Below are positions 22,770-34,143 of a DNA stretch of 64,000 nt, one piece after another (position 1 is the stretch's first letter; every line of letters begins with the position of its first letter). The translations under genes were made by a program, and so were the position numbers. Origin of the DNA: Octopus sinensis (taxonomy: Eukaryota); assembly GCF_006345805.1 (NCBI RefSeq), contig NC_043014.1:22444001-22508000 (forward strand), read 5' to 3'. The notes beneath the pieces are model-generated. The model did not search any database. It was not told where the DNA came from and saw only the letters and a list, made by a program, of their open reading frames with translations.

Positions 22770-24130
22770 CCACAACTAACCCATGTAGGATAGATAGCTG
22801 CAACGGGACCAAATGCCTGCTGCAAGACCACTGGAGAAGGTTTAACATAGTATATTACATAATTCCACAACATATTACATAATTCTACTAGCTACAACAT
22901 TGGGTCTACTATTAACTTTAAAATATTCTGCATGTCTAAACTCATTTAAATATGAAGAACATAGCAAATCCACATCCCTAGCCAACCACATATACTACCT
23001 GATAAATAGGACAGTACTGAATAGGATGTGCTGGACCATAATAGAAATTGGTGTCCCATACCAAGGCCAGCACTCCACATGTGGACTCTGGCTGAAAGAA
23101 GCCCTCCAAATATTAATTCATAATTCTCCACAATTACTCAAAAAAGAACATGAAGCTTTTTCACCATATAAGCATAAGTTGTTTCGAACCTTTATATCCT
23201 TCTATAGATCCAAATGCAAGCAAAATAAACACACATAACACTTGCCTAAATACTTCCACAGTCGTTACAATATCTTTTTGTTTTTTCCTTTTCTTTCTTT
23301 TCTCCTTTCCTTTTCATTTTCTTCTCTATCAACATAGATACTTTAGAAGCTAGCTAGCTTTATTCTTTAAATTTGTAACTTTTTAATAACAAATTTTAAA
23401 TTTAACTTTTAAGTTTTAAGTCTTTAATTTGAATCCTTTATCCATTTAATTGTAGTTTTATCCTACATATACCCACTTAAGCTAGGTGCCTATTCTTAGC
23501 TACTTTTAGTTATCCCCACTGACCTCACCTCACCTATAGACATAAATACCTTCCTCTTCCACTTTGCCAAAATCTTTAATGCCTGACCTCTCACCCAGAA
23601 CACTTTTTTGATTTTGATTTTACTTTACTTTTGATCTCATTCTCCCCCCCCCCATCCCATTCCTGTCTTCTCCCTTTTCTCTCTTCTATCCACTCACTCA
23701 CAACCCACTTCTGTCTATCTTGATGTCTGTATTTCTCACTCTATATACCCACAGGGACCATTCGCACACTAGCTAACTACTTCAACATGAACACATCATT
23801 CAAAAGACTGCCAAAATCCTGCCTATAAGGACCTATACCTTTACAGAAGTATGTGGACCAACCTCCATACCCTATGGAAAAAGACGAATTGTGAACTCTT
23901 ATTATCCTGTCTGTATTCTTAATATCCACTTTTACTTTTTATTCTCCTATTTTATTCCTTTTAAACTGTGACTTTTCCCGCCTAGAACTTTCACACATAC
24001 TCACTTTGTCTCTGATGACGGAATACCCAGTGTACAGACATGCTAGCCTATCACTTGGGATATCTCAGAAACAGCTGTAAGACTTCATATTAACTTTACC
24101 CAAAATTAAATTATCATAAATGACTTGAGA
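22770..24130 (+). mobile_element. Second Penelope-like remnant: GIY-YIG C-terminus, pyrimidine-rich 3' region and terminal repeat with hammerhead
   Basis: ORF 22900-23238 (LKYSACLNSFKYEEHSKSTSLANHIY...WTII...PYQG..TCGLWLKEALQIL...LLKKEHE) is followed by the HHR motif at 24008-24083. Confidence 0.75.
24008..24083 (+). ncRNA. Type I hammerhead ribozyme motif with a palindromic stem III loop (Penelope-type)
   Basis: gtct / CTGATGA / stem II (ggaatacccagtg...cacttgggatatc) / GAAA-C-AGCT-G-TA / agac. The catalytic core is intact; the stem II closing pair is mismatched (C.A). Confidence 0.7.
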
Positions 24131-24364
24131 TACTTGTCCTGCATTGGTTTTGATGTCCTTTTCCTCTAATATACATACATATATATTATATAATATGAAT
24201 AATTTCTGACATAGACATAAAGCCAGTTCATTATAATGAGGAATCCAAAACACTTATCATGACTTTTATTTGATATTATTGACCCCTAGGCGAAGTTTAT
24301 CTCGGTGAAATCAAAACACAGAAGAGAAGAAGCTAATTACCGTGTGTGTGTGTGGGGGGGGGGG

Positions 24365-24860
24365 TCAGTTTAAGCATTCCCATATAACCCATAACTTTTT
24401 TATTTTTTGGAATTTTCAGAAAATTTTTGCAAGTATGTGTTTTACACATGGCAATTCATACAATTATGAAAAATAAAAATAAAAAATTTGTGTATGATTT
24501 AAGGGTAATTTAGCTGTTATTTTTAGAACATCTCACTACCACTTGATACCTTCCTTGTTTCTTTGCCATTGTGACGATCAATATTTTTCTCCCCATAAAC
24601 ACATTTAATGGAATGACGATGCACCCAAGGGCGGTTCATTGTTGAAATTTAAGCAAAAAGTTCAAATTTTAAACAGTGATTTTTTTTTCAATTCAAGAGT
24701 GGAACTTCTAGGATTTAATGAGGTGAAGATGGATTAAAAAAATTTTTTTCATAATTGTATGAATTCTCATGTGTAGAACACATTTGCAAAAATTTCCTGC
24801 AAATTCCAAAAATAGAAAAATTATGAGAGGTTATAAGGAGTGCTTAAACCAGAATTCTGC
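24365..24860. mobile_element. Long-TIR MITE (same family as 27874-28340)
   Basis: ~130-bp imperfect inverted arms (tttaagcattcc...attcatacaattatgaaaaa / ttttcataattgtatgaatt...gcttaaaccagaattctgc). Confidence 0.75.
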
Positions 24861-24879
24861 CAAAACATCAATTCAACAC

Positions 24880-25170
24880 CAGATGCTTCGATTGATTACA
24901 CACTACAAGGTTCAATGGAACCTACTGAAGCATGCCAACACAATTGCAGCATTACTGTGGGTGATGGCAAAGTCAAGGCCAAGCACCTTCATAGGCATCA
25001 CCTGACACTTCAGTTTAGTCACCAATGATGACAAGAACTTTCCCATTAGTGGCCCAGTCTCTCCAAACATCTCAAATGCCAAAGGCTGGAAGAAATAGTT
25101 TACCAGCATGTATTTCTTCACTGGAGTAATGTCTTCTATGCGGAAAGCCTGCTTTGTTAGGAGGAAACCA
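24880..25170 (-). mobile_element. 3' fragment of a CRE-like non-LTR retrotransposon (restriction-like endonuclease end)
   Basis: KKY...NYFFQPLAFEMFGETGP..GKFLSSL, then in a shifted frame SGDAYEGAW and AI..SNAAIVLAC. This matches the KY..F.P.A.ET.G.WG...GD.RE.AWL.QR..IAI.RGNAA pattern. Confidence 0.65.
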
Positions 25171-25391
25171 ATATTTGATAGTTGATTACAGTAATAATGA
25201 TGGCAACAAATAACTTTGTATATTTACCTTTCAATTCAGTTGATTTTTTCAGTAAAAGAAACAAAAGAACAAAAACAGATTTAAATCTTGTTAAACAAAT
25301 CTGGCCAATTAAACTAAAACAAGAATATCATTTGCTTAATTGTTTCTTTATACACAGCTCTGAAGAACTTTTGACCTAAATTCACTCACTA

Positions 25392-25762
25392 TCTCTATAT
25401 AAACGGCAGTTTGTCTGTGTGTGTTTCTGTGTGTCTGTTTGGTTGTACCCTCACTCTGACCACGGCTTTCAACCGATTCTGATGAAACTTGACACACACA
25501 TAGCCCAATGTCATAATTCAAAACTAACGCAGCGAAAATTTTGAAAAGTTCCCCCAGTTCTGAAAAAGATCGATAAATTCGACATGGGGTCGACTATCAG
25601 AAACACAAACCACAGATGGTCTAGGGGACGCAACTGGACCTTTTTAACTATCAAAAAAAACTTTACCATCATTTTTTTCCCCATTTTTTTGCTATAACTC
25701 TATAAAAAGGCTTTATAGTTATTTCCCTTACAAACCCGAGCAACGCCGGGCAATACTGCTAG
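25392..25762 (+). mobile_element. Non-autonomous Helitron
   Basis: 5' a|TC-tctatataaa, 3' hairpin cccgagcaacgccggg (25735-25750) and CTAG|t end; A^T insertion site with no TSD. Confidence 0.8.
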
Positions 25763-25799
25763 TATAAATATAATCAGCTATAAATTTACACTATAAAGA

Positions 25800-26335
25800 T
25801 ATCATCATCATCGTTTAACATCTGTTTTCCATGCTGGCGTGGGTTGGACAGTTTGACTGAGGACTGGCAAGCCAGAGGCTGTGCCAGGCTTCAATCTGAT
25901 CTGGCAGTGTTTATACAGCTGGATGCCCTTCCTAACACCAACCACTCTGAGAGTGTAGTGGGTGCTTTTTATGTGCCTACTGGCATGAGGGCCAGTCAGG
26001 CGATTCTAGCATTGACCATGCTCGAATGGTGCTTTTTATGTGCCACCAGCATGGGAGCCAGTCAGGTGGCACTGGCAACAACCACACTTGAATGATGCTT
26101 TTTACATGCCACCAGCACAGGAGTCAATCTAGCGGTACTGGCATCGGCCATAACAATGATTTCACTTGACTTAACTGGTCTTCTCAAGCGCAGTTTATTG
26201 CCCGATGATTGAAGGGTACTCTTAAATGGGCTGGTTATGCGATATTGGTATAGGCCACTGTTATGGTCTCACTTGGCTTGCCGGGTCTTCTCAAGCACAG
26301 CATATCTCCAAAATTTCTCAGTTGCTCAATGTGTT
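25800..26335 (-). mobile_element. RTE 3'-UTR fragment with modular repeats
   Basis: (CAT)n terminus, family motifs and three gtgctttttatgtgcc modules. Confidence 0.85.
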
Positions 26336-26869
26336 TGCAGAGGACAGAAAGAAACATGAAACCATCAAGACTAACACATCGCATATTGTACTTGATAAGG
26401 CAAATTTTCATGTATTTCTGTGTCCAGTATTTCTGTGTCCAGTGAAAAAAAACTTCCATTTTGATACATCATTGTGAAATTTGGATGAATATCTTAAGCA
26501 TTTTGACGTGGGCAAAGTTTATATCTCAGATGGATATAGTAGGAATGCAATAATAATAATGAAATTATTGTATACAGTGCTCAGAGAGCACCGTAATATG
26601 AGCATCCGCGCGCACGCAAACACACACACACACACATATGTAATTCAAAAAGTTCAAAGGGGGAATTTTCCATTCAGTATCATGTTTACTATAGAGACTA
26701 TGTAACAAATTATACTTTACACTTCTATATTTAACTGTGCGTGTATATATTCCTTATTTTTGCTTCTGGTGTCTTCTGCCTTTCCATTAGGAATGTTTGC
26801 CTGGGAATTTACTTCAAGTGAAATACTAAAATCGTATGCAACAGATAAATCGTCTTAATAACATATTTC

Positions 26870-27355
26870 TGTGTACCAGACCTGTAGCTGTTACATTTAG
26901 CGTAACGAGTTTTCTGGTGAGGGATTCGTTTACCTTCATTGTCTGTTTGTTGCTTCAGTAGAATTCAACAGATGCACAAAACGGAGAAAATGAAACAAAT
27001 ACGAACGACTTGTTCCGAAACATCCCCGAGTGGGGAACAGTTCTCAAAAATAACCCCCCGTTGTCCCCTCCCCCAATTTCTATGTCCTCGGAATCTACAT
27101 AGTCCGAGGTATATTTGTAGAGAATTTCATTAAAAAATACCCATTTTTTTAAAAGTTAAGACGAATTGAATTGGACGCCAGAGAATTTTCCGAAATGCCC
27201 CACCTCCTAACCCCCCCCCATAAAGTCTGTATATTCGGAATCTACATGATATAACACATATTCGTAGAAAATTTCATTAAAAAACATTTCCATTTTTCTG
27301 ACAGTTATGATCATCCAAAGTCGGGAGAGGAGCAGAAATCTATAGTTATGCCTTT
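26870..27355. repeat. Interspersed repeat with cggaatctacat...aatttcattaaaaa subrepeats (second copy 33540-34015)
   Basis: Direct homology with 33540-34015, e.g. gtttgttgcttcagtagaa..gatgcacaaa.cggagaaaatgaaacaaata. Confidence 0.8.
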
Positions 27356-27367
27356 CAAGTTTCATTT

Positions 27368-27413
<46 letters not shown>

Positions 27414-27696
27414 ACGTGTGTCAGTATGTTAGTGTGCTATCCTTCCAATTTTTGGGGGGGATCTTTTCTCTTATTGAATTCCGATATAATCGTAATCTAC
27501 TCCATCTGAAAGGTAGTAGTAGAAAATTTCTTACAAAAAAATACGTATTTTCTGAAAGTTATGAGGAAACAAAGCCGATTTTCACACTCACGGAAAATTC
27601 TTTTTCATAAATTCGATACAATAGCAATTTACATAATCTGAAGCGTATTTGTAAAAAATTTCATTAAAAGATATTCAATCGGGGCGGGACACTCAC

Positions 27697-27790
27697 GTGT
27701 AGGTATCCGCAGTAGTTGTTTCAAGTTCAGCTTTGATTGATTAGATCTACGGTCAAAGAGCTAACAGTTACCGTCTTTTTTCTCCCCAGA
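27697..27790 (-). other. Candidate non-coding first exon of the minus-strand gene
   Basis: CpG-containing unique sequence ending in donor ...cctacac|gtgagt, with a GC box (ggggcggg 27681-27688) adjacent. The 5' boundary is a guess. Confidence 0.3.
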
Positions 27791-27873
27791 CAATGACTCT
27801 CTAGTTAATGTACCTAATAACCTAATGAGGTTACTCTAGTAATTGTCTAATGATATTCTGCTAACCAGTTCGG

Positions 27874-28340
27874 GTGGAATTTTGGTTTAAGGACCCCATA
27901 TAACGCCTCATAACTTTAAAAAAAATTTGGTATTTCAGAGAATGTTTGAAAATTTACGTTCTACACACGGGAATTCATATGATTAGGAAAAAAAACCCAA
28001 ATTGTGTAAGATTTATGGGCGATTTAGCTGTTATTTTTAGCACATCCTACGACCACCGGATACCGTCCCCATTTCTTTTTACTCTGACATGTATTGTTTT
28101 TTTTTTCAATATTTTCTCCCTATAAACATATTTAACGGAATGATGATGCACCGAATTTAAGCAAAAAAATTCGAAAAAAGAGTTAAAGTTTTAGAATATA
28201 TGAGGGGAGAGTTGAAATTTTTTTTCATAGTTGTATGAATTCCCATGTATAGAACATAAATTCGTAAAAATGTTCTGAAAGTTCCGAACAGTAAAAAAAG
28301 TAATGCGGGGTTATATGTAGTGCTTAAACCAGAATTCCGC
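27874..28340. mobile_element. Long-TIR MITE within the putative bidirectional promoter
   Basis: Termini gtggaattttggtttaag / cttaaaccagaattccgc; homologous to 24365-24860. Confidence 0.8.
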
Positions 28341-28479
28341 TTCAGTTAGAATATCATAATTCCTAGCAATTCAAAGTATGAGTGATGACATTTCTTTAAT
28401 TTATTATTTATATGAAAATATCTACAGTATTTTTTCTATCGGATATTGAATATAAAGCATTTTTTTATTACGTTAGTGT

Positions 28480-28569
28480 AAGCGTATTTAACCGAAAGGA
28501 TAAAGTTAACGATCTGAAAAGTGAAAGTGAAATCTGTATTTTCCAGAAACTGTTGAACTCTTTTGCTGG
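28480..28569 (+). other. Candidate non-coding first exon of the optineurin/NEMO-like gene
   Basis: Consensus donor TGG|gtaagt at 28570. The first coding exon has an acceptor only 5 nt before the ATG, so an upstream exon is needed. The start is a guess. Confidence 0.35.
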
Positions 28570-29670
28570 GTAAGTTAGTTATGGTATGTGGTAATTACAC
28601 CAAACACCAGCAGCAACACATAACAAGGAAGTGGAGTTACTACACTATAGTCACATTCACAAATAACTTGGAAGTAAGCAATATTCGATGTAACATTTTC
28701 TTTTATAATAGGTATCGTATAGTTTATCGTTATTTCTTTCATGTGATTATTTATTATTTTCTGTTTATATTTGAAAAATATTCATTCATATATAATACAT
28801 TTGTTATTGAAATTTCGATTACGAATAGAGTCCATTTTCTCAATTTAGTTTTCCGTCTACATTTCATTTTCAAATTTCACAAATTCTATGGAAGTTATTA
28901 ACTTACTAGATTGGTCACGAATGTTCAGCTTTATAGTGGAAACGGCGTAGTGTTGTTCATGCGTTTTCCTCAAACGAACAGTGATTAAGGTACTGTTAGA
29001 ATGTGTTTAATATTCTTATGGTTTCATCCGGGAATCAAAATAATCGAAGATTCGATAAGTCACCCCTTACCGTAAAGAAACAACCCAACAACATTTATAT
29101 CGCTGTTATCTTATTTAATATAACCAATGAATATTATAATTTCTTTCTCATCAAGAATACCTCATAAGAATATACTAGATTTTAGCATAAACCTTTTGTT
29201 CACGTTTCCGTTTTAAACCTCCACGGTCTCTGTCGGAGGGATCGTACTAAATCATTGATCAGAAACCACAGTTTACGGAAAGAAATCTATTTTAGATACA
29301 TGCTGCCATTAGTAAATATTTAGTTGTGAAGATTGTGTTGTTTTTGTCTCAGATGTATTGATGTTGAGCAGACTTATCAAAGATTTTCCAGCTGTGTCAA
29401 TTTCGTCTTTTTATGTCAGTAACTACATTGTTCAAAATGTTCTTCGAAGATAGCAGGATGTAAATTTGGCGAATATTTGGTTGGTATTTCCAAATATTCG
29501 AGCGACAACTCAGGTTCCCACGTTGACAAAAATTGCGATTAAAGAATGATTTTACTTTTTATGTCAAGTGTTTACTGTATGCCAACCAGTTCTGGTGTAC
29601 GTCATTTTTATGTCTCCTAAATTTCCATGATCTAATGTTAGTGCATCCAGCATATATCCTTAATTAATAA

Positions 29671-29706
<36 letters not shown>

Positions 29707-30131
29707 TTCTGCGTGATATTTTCTACAAACATATGCTGCCAATTAGTCATGAAATGTTTCTAGTATTGTGAGCCTTACATTTTGGCTTGTCTTTTGCCAC
29801 ATGGACATTACATAGTTAGCGGTAGTTGCAATTATTAAGTCCACATTATTCAGTTGATGATCTACAGTTCTCTATATATATCCATACCAGGTGGGTGTGT
29901 AAATTTTTATAAAACTCCTTCATATCACTTCTACAGTCCAACCTGGATGAATACATTCTTCAATTATGCACTTAAGTAAGCTCAGCTAATAACTCTTCAC
30001 TTGTTGCAGACTACTCCCTTTTTACTCATCCAACATGGTGCATTTTTCTATCTCAGCAACATTTTCACTAATTTAGTTGGACTAGGAATCAAATGCTGCA
30101 ATGCTGCCTGTTTCAGATAGGACTGCCATCT

Positions 30132-30721
30132 ATGGACCGCACTACCTTTCGGTTATTTGGGGGGGGGGGGTCTTTTCGATTGCGGAGATTCCATCGGTAT
30201 TTCGAAATTAAAATTCTGAAAACGGGTTTTTGAGGTTTTCAAAATCTTCAATTTGTAAGTCCGTTCCAACCGGAAAATCCGACAAGCTAGAAACAACAAC
30301 CAAACCGAAGATCCACTTTCTAAATACGAATTACCAAAAAATGGAAAAAAAAATTTTAATGTCATCTTGTCGTGTGTGTGTGTGCAAAAAAAGTAATTTT
30401 ACACAACTCTCTTCCAAAAGACCCTCAACTACATCATGTTCACTTTCTGTTACAGATGCATTGGCGGAGGGGTGTTTATTTATTTTTTAAAAATTGAAAT
30501 TTACAAAATTATTTTCCAAAATCATAATCTCCGTATTTTTCTTCGTATTTCGCCAAAAAAAGATTTAAAAAAAAGTGAAAAATTGGGGATGTAGATGGGT
30601 GGGGGAATAAAAATTTTGAAATGCCGATGTTTTCGCAGATCGGAATCTCCGCAGTCGAAAAAGTGGGTTTCTGTAGAAAAAATAAAAACAACAAAAGAAA
30701 CCGGAAGGGAGTGCAGTCCAT
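30132..30721. mobile_element. Unclassified inverted-repeat element
   Basis: atggaccgcactacctttcggtt...ttttcgattgcggagattcc is inverted at ggaatctccgcagtcgaaaa...aaccggaagggagtgcagtccat. Confidence 0.6.
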
Positions 30722-31504
30722 GTCTTTTACCTCCGCCCATTTATGATACAGCCCATGTCTAATTCATGACAGTTCCTCTTTTGCTCACTTTAAAAAGGTG
30801 ATATAAATTTGGTTTGCGAGTTTCAAGAATGCATCAAAGATGTTGATGATTTTGTTGTTTAACCCTAGGTCAACTCTTATCGAGCATTGTTATTTCCAGC
30901 ATTGATTATCTCGTATTTTTCTGTATGTTCAGGGAGCCCAAGACCATTTCCTCGACTCTTCCAAAAGACCCTCAACTACATCATGTTCACTTTCTGTTAC
31001 AGATGCATTGGCGGAGGGGTGTTTATTTATTTTTTAAAAATTGAAATTTACAAAATTATTTTCCAAAATCATAATCTCCGTATTTTTCTTCGTATTTCGC
31101 CAAAAAAAGATTTTAAAAAAAGTGAAAAATTGGGGATGTAGATGGGTGGGGGAATAAAAATTTTGAAATGCCGATGTTTTCGCAGATCGGAATCTCCGCA
31201 GTCGAAAAAGTGGGTTTCTGTAGAAAAAATAAAAACAACAAAAGAAACCGGAAGGGAGTGCAGTCCATGTCTTTTACCTCCGCCCATTTATGATACAGCC
31301 CATGTCTAATTCATGACAGTTCCTCTTTTGCTCACTTTAAAAAGGTGATATAAATTTGGTTTGCGAGTTTCAAGAATGCATCAAAGATGTTGATGATTTT
31401 GTTGTTTAACCCTAGGTCAACTCTTATCGAGCATTGTTATTTCCAGCATTGATTATCTCGTATTTTTCTGTATGTTCAGGGAGCCCAAGACCATTTCCTC
31501 GACT
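30409..31504. repeat. 547-bp head-to-tail tandem duplication
   Basis: 30409-30955 is repeated at 30956-31502. Only one substitution was seen (gatttaaa vs gattttaa), with 2-bp ct microhomology at the junction. Confidence 0.95.
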
Positions 31505-31839
31505 TGCATGTTTATAAGAATGTAGGTATGAATCGAAAGCAATTTGGCTGCTATTTCTAGTAAATCGAAGTTCCGTCGTTAGTTTGTCGATGAAATGAAT
31601 AGATAAAAAAAAGTTGAGAAAAAGAAAAATGGTGAAGATTAAAGAAAAGGTAAAAGAAAATAAATTGCAAAAATAAGTACCTAACTGAAATTATTAAAAA
31701 TAGTAAGTTTTTCTTCTTAGAAGTGGGGCACAAAGCGAACGGTCTATTTTATGTTTGATCACACTCAAGGACACTTGATATTTTACTATTCTTGCCATGA
31801 TTATAATATTTTGTCAACTGAATCTTTTGTCTTAGGGGT

Positions 31840-32679
31840 GAAGAAAGATAACCTAACGCATTCATGCTAGAGGAAATTAAGTACCAGCACAAGTAACGGA
31901 GTCCTATGATCGATTGAGTCGGGATTAGGCTATTATTGGTATTTAACCTAACACCTTCTCTGTATTTAGTATTTGAGCTAGATATGGCTTTAATTTTTAA
32001 AGTAGCTGTTAAGAAGCGCCAGATTTATGCTAGATAACAAAAAATGCTATGCTTAATATAAGAGAAAAATTTTAAGGAGCACACCCTATTCTTAGAGACG
32101 AAAGATTTTTGAATATACTAGATTTCGATCGATTTGATCCCCGATCATCACCGGAGGTCTAATTGCCAGATATGTTCAATGGATACGATTCGATCTGATC
32201 CATTAGACCACCACTGCATGTACACGTAACTTGTCTCTAACTGTTTGAAATTAATGTTTGCACGTGTGGTAGAGTAGATTAGCCAAGAAAACAATGATAT
32301 AACACTTAAAATGTTTTAACATTATGAAACTCCAGTTCTTAACAGCTACTTTGTTTTTTTCCAGAGATGTTGAGGACTAAGTATAATAACTAATGTTCAA
32401 ATAGGTCAAATAGCTGTCCATTGGAGCAATCGACAAAGGTACTGAAATTAGAGAATATCAACTTTAATACTTTTTTTTTACGTAGATCGAAAAAACGTCT
32501 TTCGGTATCCTTTATAAATTAAAAATTAAAGCCATATCTAGCTCAAATACTAAATACAAAGTAGGTGTTATGTTAAATACCAGTAGTAGCCTAACTCCGA
32601 CTCAATCGATCATAGAGCTCCGTTACTTGTGCTGGTACTTAATTTCCTCTAGCATGAATGAGTTAGGTTATCTTTCTTC
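31840..32679. mobile_element. Foldback element with ~160-bp TIRs
   Basis: 31840-32000 (gaagaaagataacctaac...ggctttaatttttaa) is inverted at 32519-32679 with few mismatches; no TSD recognised. Confidence 0.8.
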
Positions 32680-32756
32680 TTGCAATATTTATTTGACAAC
32701 TCACGAAATAAAAAATCATCTGATAATTTGGGAGAGTACTTTTAGTCTTTTCATAA

Positions 32757-34143
32757 AGTAGATCACGGTACTTCTTCGGAATTCCCCCACCCCCACTCTA
32801 TAACTTTTGAACCAGTAGTTAAAAAAAAAAATTCAGATTCATGTTTTTGATAGCGGAGATTACGATTTAGGGATCTTTTCGGTTTGAACGGCAGTTTTTT
32901 CTAGCGGTGTCATATGAAATGTCACCCATAATTATGACCTTAGTATCGATCTATTGCATTTCAGTCTGTTTTAGGGTTAGGGTGGGAGGAAGGGTATCTT
33001 TATTTCTTCAGAAATGTAAACAAACCCAATCTGTTTCTTAAACGAGGAACATATTCATACGGCACAGAATGTTTTCACCTCAATAAACGTCATTGATTGG
33101 TTGAAATTGCAGAAATTGAAGAAAAACAACAACAAATATCTTACAAACTATAGAATTTTCTCAATAAAGCCAAGAGAAAAAGATGTTTTATAAACACATT
33201 CTACCAGTATACGAAGTTTAAAAGTGTTTAGTTACGTGGAAATTATTTTTAAAAACTGTCGTTCAAACCAAAAAGATCCCGATTTAGGAAAAAAAAAATT
33301 AATTTCAATGTTTTTAAAAAGTTACAGATAATTTTCACCCAACCAGGAAACATGATTTGGAAGCTGTCATTTTGTACGTGTCAACTGTAAACAAAGCAAA
33401 TAAATTGGGTGGTTGGGTGTAGGTTGGGGTGGGGGGAGTATTTGAAAAAAAATTTTTTTGGTATAACTACAGATTTCTGCCCCAGGATCTTTTCCCTTTC
33501 AACGGCAAATCAAGAAATTAATTTTTTGTAACTAAAAACTTTCAATGTACCAGACATGTAGCTATTATTTTTTGGGTTTTCTGGTGAGCGTTTCATTTGC
33601 CTTCATTGCCCGTTTGTTGCTTCAGTAGAAATCAACGGATGCACAAATCGGAGAAAATGAAACAAATATGGACGACTTGTTCCAAAACACCTCCGAGTGG
33701 GGAACAGTCCTCAAAAATAACCCCCAATTGTTTTCCCCAAAATTTCCTATGTTCTCGGAATCTACATAGTCCGAGGTATATTTGAATTTCATTAAAAAAA
33801 TATCCATTTTCTTGAAAGTTAAGACAAATTGAATTGGACGACAGTGATTTTCCGAAATTCCCCACCTCCTAAAACACTTTCACCCAAAAGTTTTGTATAT
33901 TCGGAATCTACATGATATAACACATTCGTAGACAATTTCATTTAAAAATATACATTTTTCTGACAGTTATGATCATCCAAAGTCGGGAGAAGGGCAAAAA
34001 TCTGTAGTTATGCCCTTTTTTTTTTTTTTGCTAAATCGTAATCTCCGATATCTAAAACATGAATCTGAAAAAAAAATCTTTTTTAAATTACTGGCTCAAA
34101 AGTTATAGGGTTGGGGGAATTCCGAAGAAGTGCCTAGATTACT
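32757..34143. mobile_element. Foldback element with ~115-bp TIRs, carrying the 26870-family interior and a nested MITE
   Basis: 32757-32870 is inverted at 34031-34143 (cttcttcggaattccccca...ataacttttga.ccagta...ttcagattcatgttt...gcggagattacgatttag). Confidence 0.8.
32871..33279. mobile_element. 409-bp MITE with GG termini and an 8-bp TSD (Merlin-like; hAT or P not excluded)
   Basis: TIRs ggatcttttcggtttgaacggcagttttt / aaaaactgtcgttcaaaccaaaaagatcc; TSD cgatttag at 32863-32870 and 33280-33287. Confidence 0.85.

Noticed and set aside
32971-32982. (TTAGGG)2 as an interstitial telomere
   Set aside because: Only two units, lying inside a MITE.
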